Origin: Lama guanicoe
Taxonomy: Eukaryota
Reading direction: 5' to 3'
DNA length: 64,000 nt
NCBI GenBank assembly: GCA_013239625.1
Contig: MU054323.1
Coordinates: forward strand, 1 to 64,000
In this document: positions 27,501-41,029 of the stretch, one piece after another
How the letters are laid out: each line of letters begins with the position of its first letter
Numbering within the stretch: position 1 is the first letter of the stretch
Made by a program: the position numbers and the translations under genes
Notes under the pieces: generated by a model
Databases searched by the model: none
Seen by the model: only the letters and a program-made list of their open reading frames with translations
Told to the model about the DNA's origin: nothing

Positions 27501-29055
27501 CCATATACATAATGCCTAGGACAACAGTGCCTGGCACAGAGTGGCAACTAAATATTTGTGGATGAAAGAAAAGAGGGAAAGGAGAGACGGAAAAAGAAGA
27601 GAAGACGTCTAGATTTCTGGCTTGGTACAGACAATGGTACCACTAACCAGGGCACTGAGATAACAGTGTACTCCAAGTAACAGAAGGAGCAGATTATAAG
27701 AAGGGGAGGTAAATTTATATAAATATGTAGGAAGTTTCACATTTGCCTTTAAGTTACACACTATATGTAAAAACAACTCCACAAGAACTTTATTACTACT
27801 TTATCCACTAGTATACATGGAATTGTGTAAGAATAATGATTCTGACACACTAATAGAATTAATATTGCCATTCCTATGGGACTCAAAACATTTTTTAAAC
27901 CATTGATCTTTAATCTTCTGAACATACCTGGACAGCTGAGAATGAGAAAATGAGAAGGAAACTAGCCCGTGGCCACTAATGGCACCTTGGACCGGAAGCT
28001 TAAGACCAGCCGGGGAGAGTCCTCAGCACTGGCACGATTTTGCCGGTTTCACAACTACCAATGCCTCCCTGCTCTGAGCTCTTTCACTTCGATTATTTAT
28101 TTCATCCTAATGCTGCTTTAAGATAAAATATGCATACCATGTGCTTTCAATCAAAGGAGAAAATGCATGTAAAGCATTAAATACAGTGGCTGGCACACAG
28201 TAAGGGCACCATAAATGTTTGTCATCATCCCAGTGACCGTGATTATGATCACTGTGAGTCCTACAACAGTTTAACACTGTTAAACCAACACAGGGTCAGA
28301 CAAACGTAACTGCAGGCCCTGTAAATGAAACGCAGGTAGTAGATGCATTTGCCTGTCAACACCCTCTTAATTATCTTCCTCCCGTACGGTTCCCCCTGCC
28401 TTTTCACACACGGCTCCCTCAAATCGAAACACCCCCCCATCTTCTACCTTCTACTCATTAAGGTTGCTTTCTGAAAGTCACTTCCTCTCAACAATATCAT
28501 CTCACACCCCTAGTTAAACTCTCACTCTGTATTTTTCCTTCATCAGGATTTGTCGAAGTCTGTTAAGTACATACTTGAGTGTCTACATGACTCATGAGGT
28601 AAGGGACCATGCATTTCTGCTCACAATCATATCCCTAGGACCCAGAAAAATGTTTCATACACATAAATGATACTCAGGAAACTTTTGCTGAATCATATAT
28701 CAAAAAATGATCAAATCCAAGACTATATTTACTAGTCTATATCTGACCAACTCTTTACCTATCTATAAATTCTTTTCTGCACTGAAATCAAAATAAAAGA
28801 CTGTATACACTTACCAATTCTTTACCCCAAAACTGGCTGAGACTTTTTTAAAACAGTTTCAATTTCAAATCTCTCCAAAATTCACATCTTAAAGCAAAAC
28901 ACTTAAGAGAAATCAATTAAGATGTTTTAAAATTATTTTAATAAAGTTGTAAGATTTGTTAATACTTATTTAATACCTATTCTGACTTTGAAGAAATATT
29001 GTTAACTGATGCAGATTTGAATTTTTCATTTTTAAAAGATTTTGGAAACTCTTAC

Positions 29056-29099
29056 CTTGGCATTTCCCAATAATAGATGTAAAATCATCTTTTGCAGAC
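29056..29099 (-). CDS. NBAS: NBAS coding exon 6
   Basis: ttgcag/G..G/gtaaga; 44 nt; SAKDDFTSIIGKCQ(V). Confidence 0.96.
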
Positions 29100-31604
29100 C
29101 TGCAAAATGTGTAAAATTAAGACAACAGTTTTGCCATAACAACAGTACTCTATAACAGTATGTCACCACAAACACTTCAGAGCAGGCAACTTCTTTAGAC
29201 AACATTAAATCATTCCTTCTCTCACACAGATAGTTCTGTGCCTCAAGACTCTTCTCATGGGTGACAAAGTTTTCTTCCAACCTTCTTATTTCACTAGGGA
29301 CAAAGCTACACTAGGAATACAAGTGATACAAGCATAATCCCATCCCCAAAGGCTCTGGTCCAATGAATCTGAGGTAGGGCCCAAGCAAAAATATGTATGT
29401 TTTTTAAGCTCCATAGATTGATCCTGGTTAAGAACCACTGGTCTACATCATATTACAAAGTTTAATCACTTAGGAAAAAAAAGTCTTGTTTTAGTAAGTC
29501 AAATAGAAAGTGATCATATTTATATCAGTGACCTATTTAAAATCTGCAATCTTAAAATATATACCGAAGTAGCCTAATAATTATATCTTCAAAAGTGAAA
29601 ATTGATAAACCTTTTAGAAAATAATTGTGACAATTACCCAAAACTTTCATGTCCTTAGTATTTGATCCAGCAATATAAGTTCTGTAAAGTTATCCCTGGG
29701 GAATAATTACAGATAAGCACAGATATCAAGGAAATTAAGGCAGCCTAATTTATGAAAGAGAAAAGTATAGCCAATATAAAGTGATTAAGTATTAGATTTT
29801 ACTATATAATCTCAATGAAATATTATGCAATTACTACAGGGAAAGATGCTGACAACATACTAATTTTCAAAATTTATCAAGAAAAAGGCATCAAATAGAA
29901 TGTACAGTATCATTCTACTACCTATATGTAAATATGTTACACACACAGAAAAGTTTCAAAGAACCATATACCAAAATGTTAATAGTAGACAACTCTGGAC
30001 AGTAAAACTTGTGCTTCTTTCCTAAATACTTAACTATATTTTCTAATATTTGTAAAATGATTAAGCATTACTTTTAAAACAAATTTTAAAGACTTTAAGA
30101 TTTTTAGTCATTTATTAAAATATTATGTTATAACAAAAGCCAGGTATAAATACGGAAATAAATTTCCTCAAGAAATTGAACTATTCAGCCTCCAAATGGA
30201 ATTGAGCAGAAAGGACATGATCTTTGAAGTAAAACTGACCTGATTTAAACCCTCTCTATGTGTAACCTGGACAAAATATCCAATCTGATTTCATTTTCTT
30301 TTCAATAAAGTAGGCCAAGTAATAGCTTCACAACTTAGGGAAAAGATTAAATGAGATATTACATATAAATTAGCATGAATGAGACCTAAGTAAATGTTCA
30401 TTACTTTCATCTTTAATATTCTCGTAAATAATTGTTGTTCTTTTTGTTGGAAAAGGGGAGGGAGGGAGACATAAATTTGTTCTGTCAAAACTTCACAGAA
30501 TTTATTGGAGGAAGAGGGTGACTTTTTTTATGAGTCTATTATTTTAACGCTTTTTTGTTGTGTTCCGTGATGGTTTCTAATTAGTTTCCATATTTATAAC
30601 AGCCTATAATCATAAGAAACTATTACTACTTTACTCTTTAGGAAAAAAGGAAACATACATTAGCCACCTACAATCCACAACTACCACCAAATTACAAATT
30701 AAAGTAGCAATTCACAAGTCATTTTTTATCCACGTGCGCACCACACACAAGCAGGTTAAGTATGCGATATTAGAGCAAGTGATCAGAGTCACTTGCACTC
30801 ACTACAAAACTAAAGTGGGGGAACAGCAGCCCCAGCCCCATCCTGCAAAAGGCAGAGCTGTCTCCTAAAACGAGTGTGTTTCAGCCTTGCATTTTTTCAC
30901 AAAGACCATTTCCTATTTATAACTGCTTTCTAATATTGAATAATAACCCCAGATACTAGAACTATCTTTCATATTCTAATCCAATCAACAAATATTTACT
31001 GAGTACTGGGTACCTACAACTACTGCCACGGAAGGCAATCTTGGATTGTACATGCTCTTCACTGGAGTAAAGACGCACGTGGAGTAGTGAGAACAAACAT
31101 CTTAAAAACTCAGGCACAGCCACCATTCATAGCGTTTACTTCAAGGATCTACCTTGCCCTTTTCCGTTGTGGCCCCTTCCACATCTTTGCTTAAAGACAC
31201 TTCCCTTCAGGTTACTGAAAAGGAAGTTTGCTCGTCTATATTTATTGAACAAAAGCAACCAAGTGCCAGCTGTGAGCAAGTCAGTGGACTATGCCCTGTA
31301 ATGCCCTCCCAGCATCTGCTTCCCCATCCCACTTGCAAACACGCCACTTACTCATCAAACATAAATTAGACACCTACCACGTTCAAGAAAATATAAAAGT
31401 GCTAAGGAAAAAGGACAGTCCGTGCCTTCAAGGAACATTCAGTGTAACTGGAGCTGTGGACTTCACATGCCATTCACATGAGTTTTAAGCAAATGGCATC
31501 CCCTGGAATTATGCACAGCAGTGGATATATACCTAAATACACTGGAGGAAACCCACATGCAAACATACAGGTATATATGTGACATGATCAAAAGGTAGCA
31601 CAGA

Positions 31605-31800
31605 TTTGTAGATAAGAGCATGAACACTGAAGCTAGGATGGCTGATTTCAAATCCTTGGGCAAGTTACTTAACCGCATTTTGCCAGCTTCCTCATTTCTA
31701 AAATAGAGAAAAATAGTTATACCCACTTCACAGGGGTTCTTCACGAGGGAGTTAACACATGTAAAACACAACAGTGCCCAACATTATTAGCACAACCTTA
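31605..31800 (+). mobile_element. MIR SINE (representative; similar relics near 27010-27180, 44420-44600, 58320-58500, 61170-61330)
   Basis: MIR core CCTTGGGCAAGTTACTTAAC..TTCCTCATTTCTAAAATAG. Confidence 0.72.
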
Positions 31801-32861
31801 TCATTAAGTATAATAATGTGTTGATTATTATAGGAGCATAGAGAATCAGCACCTAACCAATGAGGGGAAGGAGGATCCACTCGGAATGTGTTCCTGAAAG
31901 GCCTCCTGATAAAGTTGACTCACCAGATAAGAGTCTTTAGATATACTAAGTTACAAAGCTTTTGCAAACTACAGGCCAGATTACTAAAATCTTGACGAGC
32001 ATCACTTCTGTTGCCCAGAAATCTTCCCTCACCACTTAATCTCAAATGTAGGAGTGAATTCCTAGAGGGCTGGAAATAAGTTTTATAAATATTATTTTAT
32101 ATGCTAACAACCCAGTAACAAATTCTTTTATAAAAGTAAGTCACTTTTTTTTCCTTTTCATCACAATTTTATTAACAAGTTCCAGAAACCCTTGGTCAAA
32201 GCCTCCTTGACAAGCTAAATATCAATCCCATCCCCAAATACATATTCCAACCCTAACACCTAAAATCATTCTGTTAATGTTCTCGTTTCATGGGAAAGAG
32301 ATGGAAATTTTGACTATTATCTGCTGCTCACAAAGAAACCCAATGAGCCCATTTCTCAAAAGATACTTTTCACATCACTGCAGCCAATGGGGTAGGAAGT
32401 ACTAGCCAGCCCATTTCTATGAGTAGTATCAGTTCAAATACTGTATCAACTTGATGCTCAATGTTGCTGTTAGAAAAGAAGGCCCTGCCTATTAAAGGCA
32501 TCCAGATGAAGTACTGAAGTTCTGAAAGGCTGTCATTACTGCCAATCATTTCTAACCTGATGGTTTTGAGAAGGATCACTGAGACTCCTGATCTAAAGTC
32601 GGTGCCCCAGTGGGGGCAAACTCTCTGTCTACTCCCCAAGATGTTGAGGGGTTCAGTTCTAGTTGGATAAATGGGAGAATAAACTTCACAAACAGAAGGC
32701 TAAAACAGTGTGTGAGTTAATAGTCACATAATCCCTTGAAAATTCTTAGTTATTGTAAATCAACCATAGTTAAATTTTAAAAAAAAGAATCTTAGTTCCC
32801 ATAAATTAAGGAGAACTTTTCTCAAGGAAAATTTTTTAATATGAATAATATTAACAGTTAC

Positions 32862-32909
32862 CTGATCTCCACACACTGATCTTGAACAGCAGCCAGAAGT
32901 TTTCCATTG
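32862..32909 (-). CDS. NBAS: NBAS coding exon 5
   Basis: tgacag/C..AG/gtaact; 48 nt; NGKLLAAVQDQCVEI(R). Confidence 0.96.
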
Positions 32910-33165
32910 CTGTCATGGGCAGAAAGAGAAACAAAAATCTATGTGAATATTTGTAGCCGTACTCAACATAGATGGGATTATTTTAAGAAGTTCAAATCAT
33001 TTTTAATTTTTTTTCACATGTTTTAATTATCCAACTTTTGGTCTTATAATTAGATGAGTATATAGGTACAAAAGAATGATTAAATACAGTTAAATTAAAT
33101 GAACACATTTAAACAATACTAATCATGTGTGACAAAGGCAATTTATATACAATCAAAACTCAAGG

Positions 33166-33307
33166 CTGGGGGTATAACTCAGTGGTAGAGTGTCTGCTTA
33201 GTATGCACAAGGTTCTGGGTTCAATCCCCAGTACCTCCATTAAGTAAATAAATAAATAAAAATAAACAAATCTAATTACCCTCCTCCCCCACTTTAAAAA
33301 AAAAAAA
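33166..33307 (+). mobile_element. tRNA-derived SINE (camelid Vic-type)
   Basis: A-box-like TAACTCAGTGG, B-box GGTTCAATCC, tRNA-Ala-like body, (TAAA)n, CTAATTACCCTCC segment and poly-A tail. Confidence 0.85.
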
Positions 33308-33405
33308 GACTACAAGCCAATATGGACCCCAAAATTAACATCCATAATGGATTTTAAATGCTAATCCAGGCAGAGGAACATTACATGAATTCTATACATC
33401 CTTAC

Positions 33406-33483
33406 CTTGCAAGCACCAAATGCCAGTTTATCTGTTTATTAACCAAGCGAACCAGTCCATCAGGGAGCAAAAAAGGTGCAGGG
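33406..33483 (-). CDS. NBAS: NBAS coding exon 4
   Basis: tttcag/C..AG/gtaagg; 78 nt; PAPFLLPDGLVRLVNKQINWHLVLA(S). Confidence 0.96.
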
Positions 33484-35278
33484 CTGAAATCACAACACAT
33501 GAGCTAACTTAAAATCTAATCATGAAAATTACATGTAAGTAGGTAAATATTATAAACAGCATAGATCTATAGCAAGCTACAGGGATTTTTTTTTCCATTA
33601 GACTATAAAAAGTGAATACCAGCAAACCCAAAACCTAAAGTCACTTATTGGATATCTGAAATTTGACCACATTCACTTCTCTATTTACAGAAAAACATGG
33701 TGATTTGCTCAATGACATGAATTTAATGTTCTTTCTAAGGAAAAGATACTGAGGGTGCCAGAAACAGAGCAGAGTGAGCTTAGAAGAGACCCTTCCTGCA
33801 ATGTACACCTAGAATTTCTGTCTCAACTCACAAACACAAATTCTAGTGTACACCCACACTCACGAGAAAGAAAGAGAAATCTCCAAGAACTACAAATGAA
33901 AAGAAAACTGAAAGTCAGAATTGGGTCCAGGACAAAGGGAGGAAGAAGAATGCAACACAAGAGTTAACACCTGGGTAGGAAATGAGCTGTGGGCCAACGG
34001 AGGACAGGAGTTGGACGAGAGACTCCTGCGAAGGCCAGGACCCTCACGTGACTACACCATCAGTGAAAGAACTAGACAGACCTCCCCAGGGCCCAGGGAG
34101 GCTTGCAGGAATCTCATCTCTGCCTGGAATCCTGATCTGTGGGGGGATGGGAATGAATCGTCCTGTGGAAAATCAAAACCTCAAGTGTTTACTGTATGCA
34201 AGGCTGGACTGCAGTTTCACTCACCTGATGCAAGATTCTCAAGCAGAAGGTCACAATAGCACCATTCACAAAAGACACGAGGGAACAATTCACCATATGT
34301 GCACCAGATAAAACAAATTAAAGGGGTAACACATGAAGAAATCAAGAAACCAGGTGGAAAAGAAGAATAAAGAAATAGTTTGACAGGGGAAGAAATAGGA
34401 AAAAAACACACTATAGAAATTAGAAAACACAAAATAAGATTATAAAAAATTAGTAATATACATCCAGTATATTTATGTTCATTTTTTAAAACACAAAATA
34501 TTTAATGCCATGGGATAGATACAGATATAATAAAGGTCAGAAACATACACATGAATGATGCAATCAACATGAGAACGGTAATTTCCTCTGGAGGGGAAGG
34601 GAGAAGAAAGGAGGGGCAGAGGCAGTACGGCTGAGGGTGAGGAGTGGACCTAAGCTATAACATTTTGCATGAAAAAAAAAAAGAGGGCTCCCTGAAGCAA
34701 ATATGGCAGAAGAGCAACAACCACTTTAACTCGGATATAGATACAAACCACAGGAGGTTCATTATACTATTGTCTATAACTCTCATAAATGAAAGGAATA
34801 AAAAAACAAAAAGAAAAAGCCACTTGAAACAAACATTGGCCCCAAAACCTTTAGGTATTACAACCATAAAACTCAAGAGCAGAAAACTGAACGAGTTTTT
34901 CGAAAGAAACGTAACATGGAGAAGACTAGATAATCATCCCGCGGTGAGTTCCCGACCTGCACACTGAGTGGCGTGGCCAACGCAGGCAAAGGGCTTCCTG
35001 GGAGAAATACCTCCCGACGCCTCACCTTAAGCTGATGTCACACAGAACAAGGCTTGTCACAGAGGGGCTCTTGCAAGTCCTCCTCCTCAATAAGTAACAA
35101 CAGGACTTACTATCAAGAAGCAACCGCAACCAACGTTTTCTGCCAGCCCAGGAAAGGCAGCCTACCTCCTCCACACCTCTCCCCACTACCACCTTCTCCC
35201 CGGCTCCGTTCCCTACTCCATCACAACCCACACTCCCCAAAGTTAAGACAAAATTAAATCAGAAACTTAAACTTACAC

Positions 35279-35280
<2 letters not shown>

Positions 35281-35318
<38 letters not shown>
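35281..35318. repeat. (AC)19 microsatellite in NBAS intron 3
   Basis: Seen directly. Confidence 0.97.
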
Positions 35319-35321
<3 letters not shown>

Positions 35322-35654
35322 AACAGCAGGAAAGCAAAGGAGCTAACCCCAAAGAAGAACCAAAGGTCTTTTTTATGGAACTAAAACTATATTATCTCTG
35401 GAGCTCTTAAGATTAGACGTCCTTAAGGAAAAAGGAATCTGCTGTAAACAGTTCTACAAAGCAATTCCTGGAACACATGTATCTAAAAGCCGAATTATAT
35501 CCTTGGTCAGAATAATCATTTCATAATTGTTCCTTTTATAGCTGAAAATTAGCACCAGGCCTAAAAACATACTTAATACACAAAAGAATTAAAAAGTAGC
35601 CAAGAACTGAAACCTAACGAACCTTCTCCGATGCACAGAGAAGGGATGACTCAC

Positions 35655-35691
35655 CTGTACCAGATATATTGGCGTAAAAATAATAAACGGT
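35655..35691 (-). CDS. NBAS: NBAS coding exon 3
   Basis: ttacag/AC..AG/gtgagt; 37 nt; (D)RLLFLRQYIWY(S). Confidence 0.96.
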
Positions 35692-37215
35692 CTGTAATAA
35701 AAAGAAACAGCAAAGCCAAATATGAATGAGCTATTCTTGAGGAATCATTTGCAATTTTAGATTTATTGAGAATAAATAATAAAAATACACTGTAGACTGA
35801 GTCATTACAAAACAAAACACGGAGGACACAACCCTGAAGAGAATAAATATAATCTAATATACACTACTAACTTTTACAAGATCCTATATTTGTTCTATTA
35901 AGTCCCAAGTTTGTGTTATTCAAAACTTTGAAGCATTTCCTAACAGTACAAGTTACAGTGATTTGAGATGCCAAATTTCACCTAAGAGGTTTTAATAAAA
36001 TCAGAGTAGAAGTCAAAGTAATCACCCATTAAAACCAAAGTACTTATATAAAGATTAAGGTATCATTTTACACTTCATAGCAAAAACTTAAAAAATAATG
36101 ATGCTTAAAATGAGGAAGTCTGTGGGAAATTCTATTGACAAGTAATGTTTTATACGATCTGTGTATGTGTGAACATGTATACACAGTTATGAAGTTATGA
36201 AGTCAACAGCAAAAGGTCTGAAGGATAAAAGATTATCTCTGGGTGGTAAAATGAAGATTTATTCTAATTTGTCGTTATTTATATTCTCTAAACTTTGTAC
36301 AATTATTTTTATTACTTGTGTATATTTTCTAAATTTTCAAAATTTTACATTTGTGATAATGAAATTGAATTATGCAGCTGCTTCTTGTACCAGGAGATAC
36401 AATTATAATTAATTTCAGGTATTCAACTCTTTTGAAACTGAATTTTCACTCTATAAGTAGCTGAAATACCCTGGTATAATAAGAATGGGCTTTGGAGTCA
36501 GAAAGACATGTAGTCAAATTCCAGATGAATGATCCCGGGCAAGTTTCCTCATCTAAAAGTATAAATTCTTATCATCACCTACACTTTGCTGGTCTGGTAA
36601 ATGATTACATCAATTAACATACATAAAGCCATCAAAACACCTGCTTAAGGCATCTAGTGCTCAGTACTTCCTCAGATCCTATGAGCTCATATGTAAAGTC
36701 TGTCAGGAGTTAAACAACTGCCCTGGTTAATCAAATCTGTAATTTGAATAACTCCGACCAGATGTCCCTGAAACATCAATGTAAACCACTTAAAATGGTC
36801 TGTCACCGTCTTTCCACCTTCAGCGTTTGTAGACTCTCTGAGAGTCATGGTGGGCTTGATTTTCTTCATTTCTTCTAGGATACATCAGTAATGGTTAAAC
36901 TCAGGCCATACTTTAAGCTGCATTAAAAATGTGTGTGTGTATAAACATACGTATACATTTATGTGTGTGTACACACACACATGTATATTTACAAATAGAC
37001 ACATATGTCTAGCTAAAATAGACTTTTTATAAAATAAAACTTAGGTAACATTTATGCTATTCACTTTTAATCAGGCGCTACATTAGAAGTCAAAAGAACA
37101 CATTTTCAAATCCCTAAACTTCCTAAAACAGCAGTTATGAATAGGAAAAAACATGAACGGGAAAAAATTATCTGCTAACTATACCATTATATGTAGAAAA
37201 ATAAACTATACTTAC

Positions 37216-37270
37216 CCCTAATTGCTTTCGTGATGATAAAGGATGCACCATGTTTTCGGGTGCCTCTAGG
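37216..37270 (-). CDS. NBAS: NBAS coding exon 2
   Basis: ttgcag/CCT..AGG G/gtaagt; 55 nt; PRGTRKHGASFIITKAIR, in frame with exon 1. Confidence 0.96.
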
Positions 37271-39149
37271 CTGCAAATGGAAAAACAAAAACAAAAAACA
37301 CATTTGAAAATTTCCTAGTAATACTTACACAATAGGTAAAGTTATTATTTCTTTCCCAACAGAGTACTAAACACAAGTTACCAGTATTTAAAAACTATTT
37401 TTAGATAAAAGCAAAACAAGGAGAAGCAGGACTAGGAACAGTGGGAGTGCAAGTGAGCATGGCAGAGTTACAGGCGTTTGCCAGGATCAGTTTTGCAGGG
37501 GAGGACAAGGACTGAAAACGGACGTTTCCAAATCAAAACATTAGTGAAAAGTCGAGGGCAAAGACCACGTTGGTCGCTGGTCGCCAGTCGCCAGTTCAGC
37601 ACCGTCTGTTTTAGTGGGATACAGAAGCCTAAAGCAAATTTTGCTTGCAGGAAAAGTGGTCATGTGAATTAATAAACTCAAGCCTCAAGGCAAATTTATT
37701 GAATATTGGTTATATATCCAGAGAGAAAACGCTACCAACATCCACACTGATATATAATTGATACATTAAATAGTTTCTTAAATATAGACTAAACATGGCA
37801 TAGGCAGTACCAGGCACCACAGTGACTAAGATACAGTAATGTGCTATTAAGAAAGGGACAATGGCCATCCAGTAAGCAGACAGAGATGGCTTAAAATCAT
37901 AGGAAAGTTATTTCATTCAACAAACATGAACTGATCATCCACCTCATGCAGACAGAACTTGGTCCTGGGGAGGGATATAAAGATAAATCAGATACAGCTG
38001 CCTTCCAAGAGCTTGTAGTCTGGTTGAAATCAACAGAACTAAACCAAAAAAAAAAGGGGTTCGAGGTTTTAATGTAAGCTGAGGCTGTGCTTATTTTTTT
38101 AAATCAATTTACAATGTTAAGCCTTCTGAAACATGCTTGTAGTTAACCAGTGAGTGCTAAGGAATGGAAGCTTAGCCTTATCTAACCAGTGGCACCAGCA
38201 AGTTTCCTAGCTGCACATCCTACAAAATGTTCACGGTTCAAGACAAACAGAAACGAAGTAGATACTTGAAAAATAATAATATATGAGGATCTCTGCCAGC
38301 CTACAAAATAAATTACTCAAGACAAGAAGAAACTGCAGTGAGAAGGTTAAAGATAAACTACAAACTTTACAGGAGACACAGGAGAATGAGTACTCTCTCC
38401 AGTTAAGCAAAAAACTCAGAAAAAAAAAGATCCAGTAAACAAGAATTCATAGGAGCTGGACTCCATGACCTTTAATAAAAATCCTTTTCAATCTTGCTGC
38501 ATCTTCTGAGCTTAAAACAGTGACTGGCACACGTTAGGCACTCAATAAATTTCTGTTGAATAAATACAGATTCCTGGTTCTTACTTTCACCCTGTGCCTG
38601 GGACACCCTCTCTACGAAACTAATAACCCCAAGGTCCAGTTCAGATTACCAACCCCCACATCGCCTTTTCTAGCAGAGAACCCAACCCCGGGTCAGTAGC
38701 TCCTAAATCTTCACTTTCGGGGCATTCTGCTCACACCGCTATTATAGCGCATATTACTGGAAGGTGGTGACAAACATTTACTAGACTGTCGTCCTCTAGA
38801 CTGCAAGCACCACTTAAGTTATTCCCCTCTGTAAGCCCAGCGCCTGGCACTGTATGTGGGACAGAGACGGACACATGCAGACACTTATTAAATGCTTGTT
38901 TACTAAATAAACAAGAATCGGCGCGATTCAGGCCCAAGTAGGAGTAGAGGTTCGATGATGCACTCCACGGCAGCCCGCCAGATGCTGAGATGACTGTAAG
39001 GTCCTAGAAAATTCTCCCACTGCAGATGAGGATCTGCCTAGGCCAGTCCTAGCGAGGGACCACCAAGAGTCTAGCTATGAAGAGGACCCTCGAGTTCAAT
39101 GCTGTGCCTCCCGTCCAAGAACCGGGTGGTAAAACTCAGATACCAGAGT

Positions 39150-39660
39150 GGGAAGGTACAAGCCTCAGAGCCCGAGGTTCCGCGCCCCCGACAACCGAAT
39201 TTGGAGCCCAGGAGGAAACCCAGGAAACCCCACTTAGCGGACCCGGACCCCCGGAGCCCTTGCCAGGGCGACCGCCCCAGCCCCTGCTCCCCCGCCCACC
39301 CGCCTCCCCTCTCCTGCGCGGCTCCTGCTACGTGGCTCTGCCGGTGCAGCGCCCGCGCCAAGCTGGCCGCAGCCCCGGAGGGGCCTGGTTCACCTGTACT
39401 TCTGTCTCTGGGGGCCACTCAGTGTTGACCAGCAAGTCGTAGAGAATCGTCTCCTCCTCGCCCTCCGCAGTGCCTGGATTCCCAGCCGGCGCTAACTCGG
39501 AGGCCGCCATGTCGGCCGGACCCGAGCAGCCGGGGGAGGACCACTACGGCATCCCGCAAAGGACAAGCTTCCCTGGCCGCGCCCGCTTTTGACTTACAAG
39601 GCAGGGGGTGGAGTTCACTGGACGCGGAAAGGAAATACTCGGTTAACCCTTCTGCGGATA
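39150..39660 (-). promoter_or_regulatory. NBAS CpG-island promoter / exon 1 region
   Basis: Abrupt GC- and CpG-rich segment in an AT-rich background, spanning the ATG; no TATA box evident; boundaries approximate. Confidence 0.88.
39394..39510 (-). CDS. NBAS: NBAS coding exon 1 (NBAS subunit of the NRZ tethering complex)
   Basis: Translates MAASELAPAGNPGTAEGEEETILYDLLVNTEWPPETEVQ, matching the recalled mammalian NBAS N-terminus; 117 nt; donor CAG/gtgaac; inside a CpG island. Confidence 0.97.
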
Positions 39661-40515
39661 GGAGAGACAATCCCTACTGCTTGGGGTTTGGGGGTAAAAC
39701 TTAGGTCTTGTCCCCATGCGCTCCCTATTTACTGATTGCGTGAGATCAGCCAAGTCTGAACTCTCTTATCCAGTCAGCTTCTATAAAACAAAAATGATAG
39801 AAGTATCTCCCTGAGAAATAATCTACATTTATGTATTCGTTGCCTAACACGTAGAAAGAGTATCAACAGTGGTTTTTAACTAAACACCAAAAAGTTATCG
39901 AACGCGACAGATTAAACCAATGAAAGGTTTTAGAAGACTGATGCTCTAGGAGCCCAGAAAAGACAACGAAGGCCGGAGATCTAGAGCATCTGCCTGAAGG
40001 GGAGCTTATCCTGGGTCTTTCACAGCAGACAGAATCAAATCATGTGAAGGCTTGGGGAGAGCATTTCAAAGAGAGGGAATTGTGGTGAACAAAGATAGAG
40101 GCAGAAATATATACTTGAAAGAGCAGGCAGCTGATAGAACCCCAGTCGAGAAAGGGAATGGGGGCAATAAAATTGAAACAGTAGGTAGAGGACCTACATG
40201 GAGGTCCCGCCTCATTTGTTCATTCCTTCAACAAGTGCGTCTCCTTGGCAAGCCCTGTACTGCGAGCAGAGCCTGTTGACACCTGAATGAATCAGCAGTG
40301 AGCCACATTCAAAAGAAACAGAAATGCTGACCATTTCTTGCAGGAATTACACTGTATAATATCCATCAATATGCATTAGGCAAAGATACAATTAAAAGCC
40401 TCTGCTGGGAAGCCAGGGCTCCCATTACTCTCGAAGTTCAATGACCTCAAAGCAAGCTCTGTATCACCTGCCTGCTCCCCTTCCTCTCTCACCTCATCTC
40501 CTGCTTCCCATCACC

Positions 40516-40625
40516 TTTTTTTGAAGTTTTTTGTTTGTTTTTAGGAGTTTTTTGGCTTTTTTTTTTTAATGGAGGTACTGGTGATGGAACCCAGTACTCT
40601 ATCAGTGAACTATATCCTCCGCCCC
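40516..40625 (-). mobile_element. Vic-type SINE with internal deletion
   Basis: T-rich tail plus ATGGAGGTACTGGTGATGGAACCCAG..AGTGAACTATATCCTCC; lacks the central segment present in the other copies. Confidence 0.7.
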
Positions 40626-41029
40626 TCCCCCACCTCCTTTAGCCAAACTGGCCTCGCTGTTTATGAACGCACCAGATGCACATCCTCTTCAAGAACTCTG
40701 AAAGGGCCCTCGCTGCGCTTAGAAGGCTTTCTAGCAGATTATTTGCCTTTCTCTCCCTCATCTCCAAGTTTTTGCTCAAATACCATCTTCTCTCTGAAGC
40801 CTGCCATGATTGCTCGTTTTAAATGTGCAGCTACCTTCCCTGAACTCCAAATCTCCCTCACCCACTCTACATTTTTTCCATCACTTGTCATTAACCAAAA
40901 TGCTGTAATTTATACTTAATTACATGTGTTCATTGTCTGTTCCCTTTCACTAAAATGCAGGCTGTGCCAGAAGAGTGCACCACGTCATACATGTTAGATG
41001 CCAAAATGGGAAAAAGTCAGCTTTCCAAT

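Noticed and set aside
33166..33240. tRNA-Ala-like sequence
   Set aside because: Followed by a SINE-specific tail and poly-A, has stem mismatches, and similar copies occur elsewhere in the window; a SINE, not a tRNA gene.
39328..39510. 60-aa stand-alone ORF
   Set aside because: It is NBAS exon 1 read through its donor into intron 1.
39543..39563. ACTACGGCATCCCG as a ZNF143/THAP11 ACTACA-TCCC motif in the NBAS promoter
   Set aside because: Spacing is one base longer than consensus and several positions mismatch; cannot be supported without a matrix scan.
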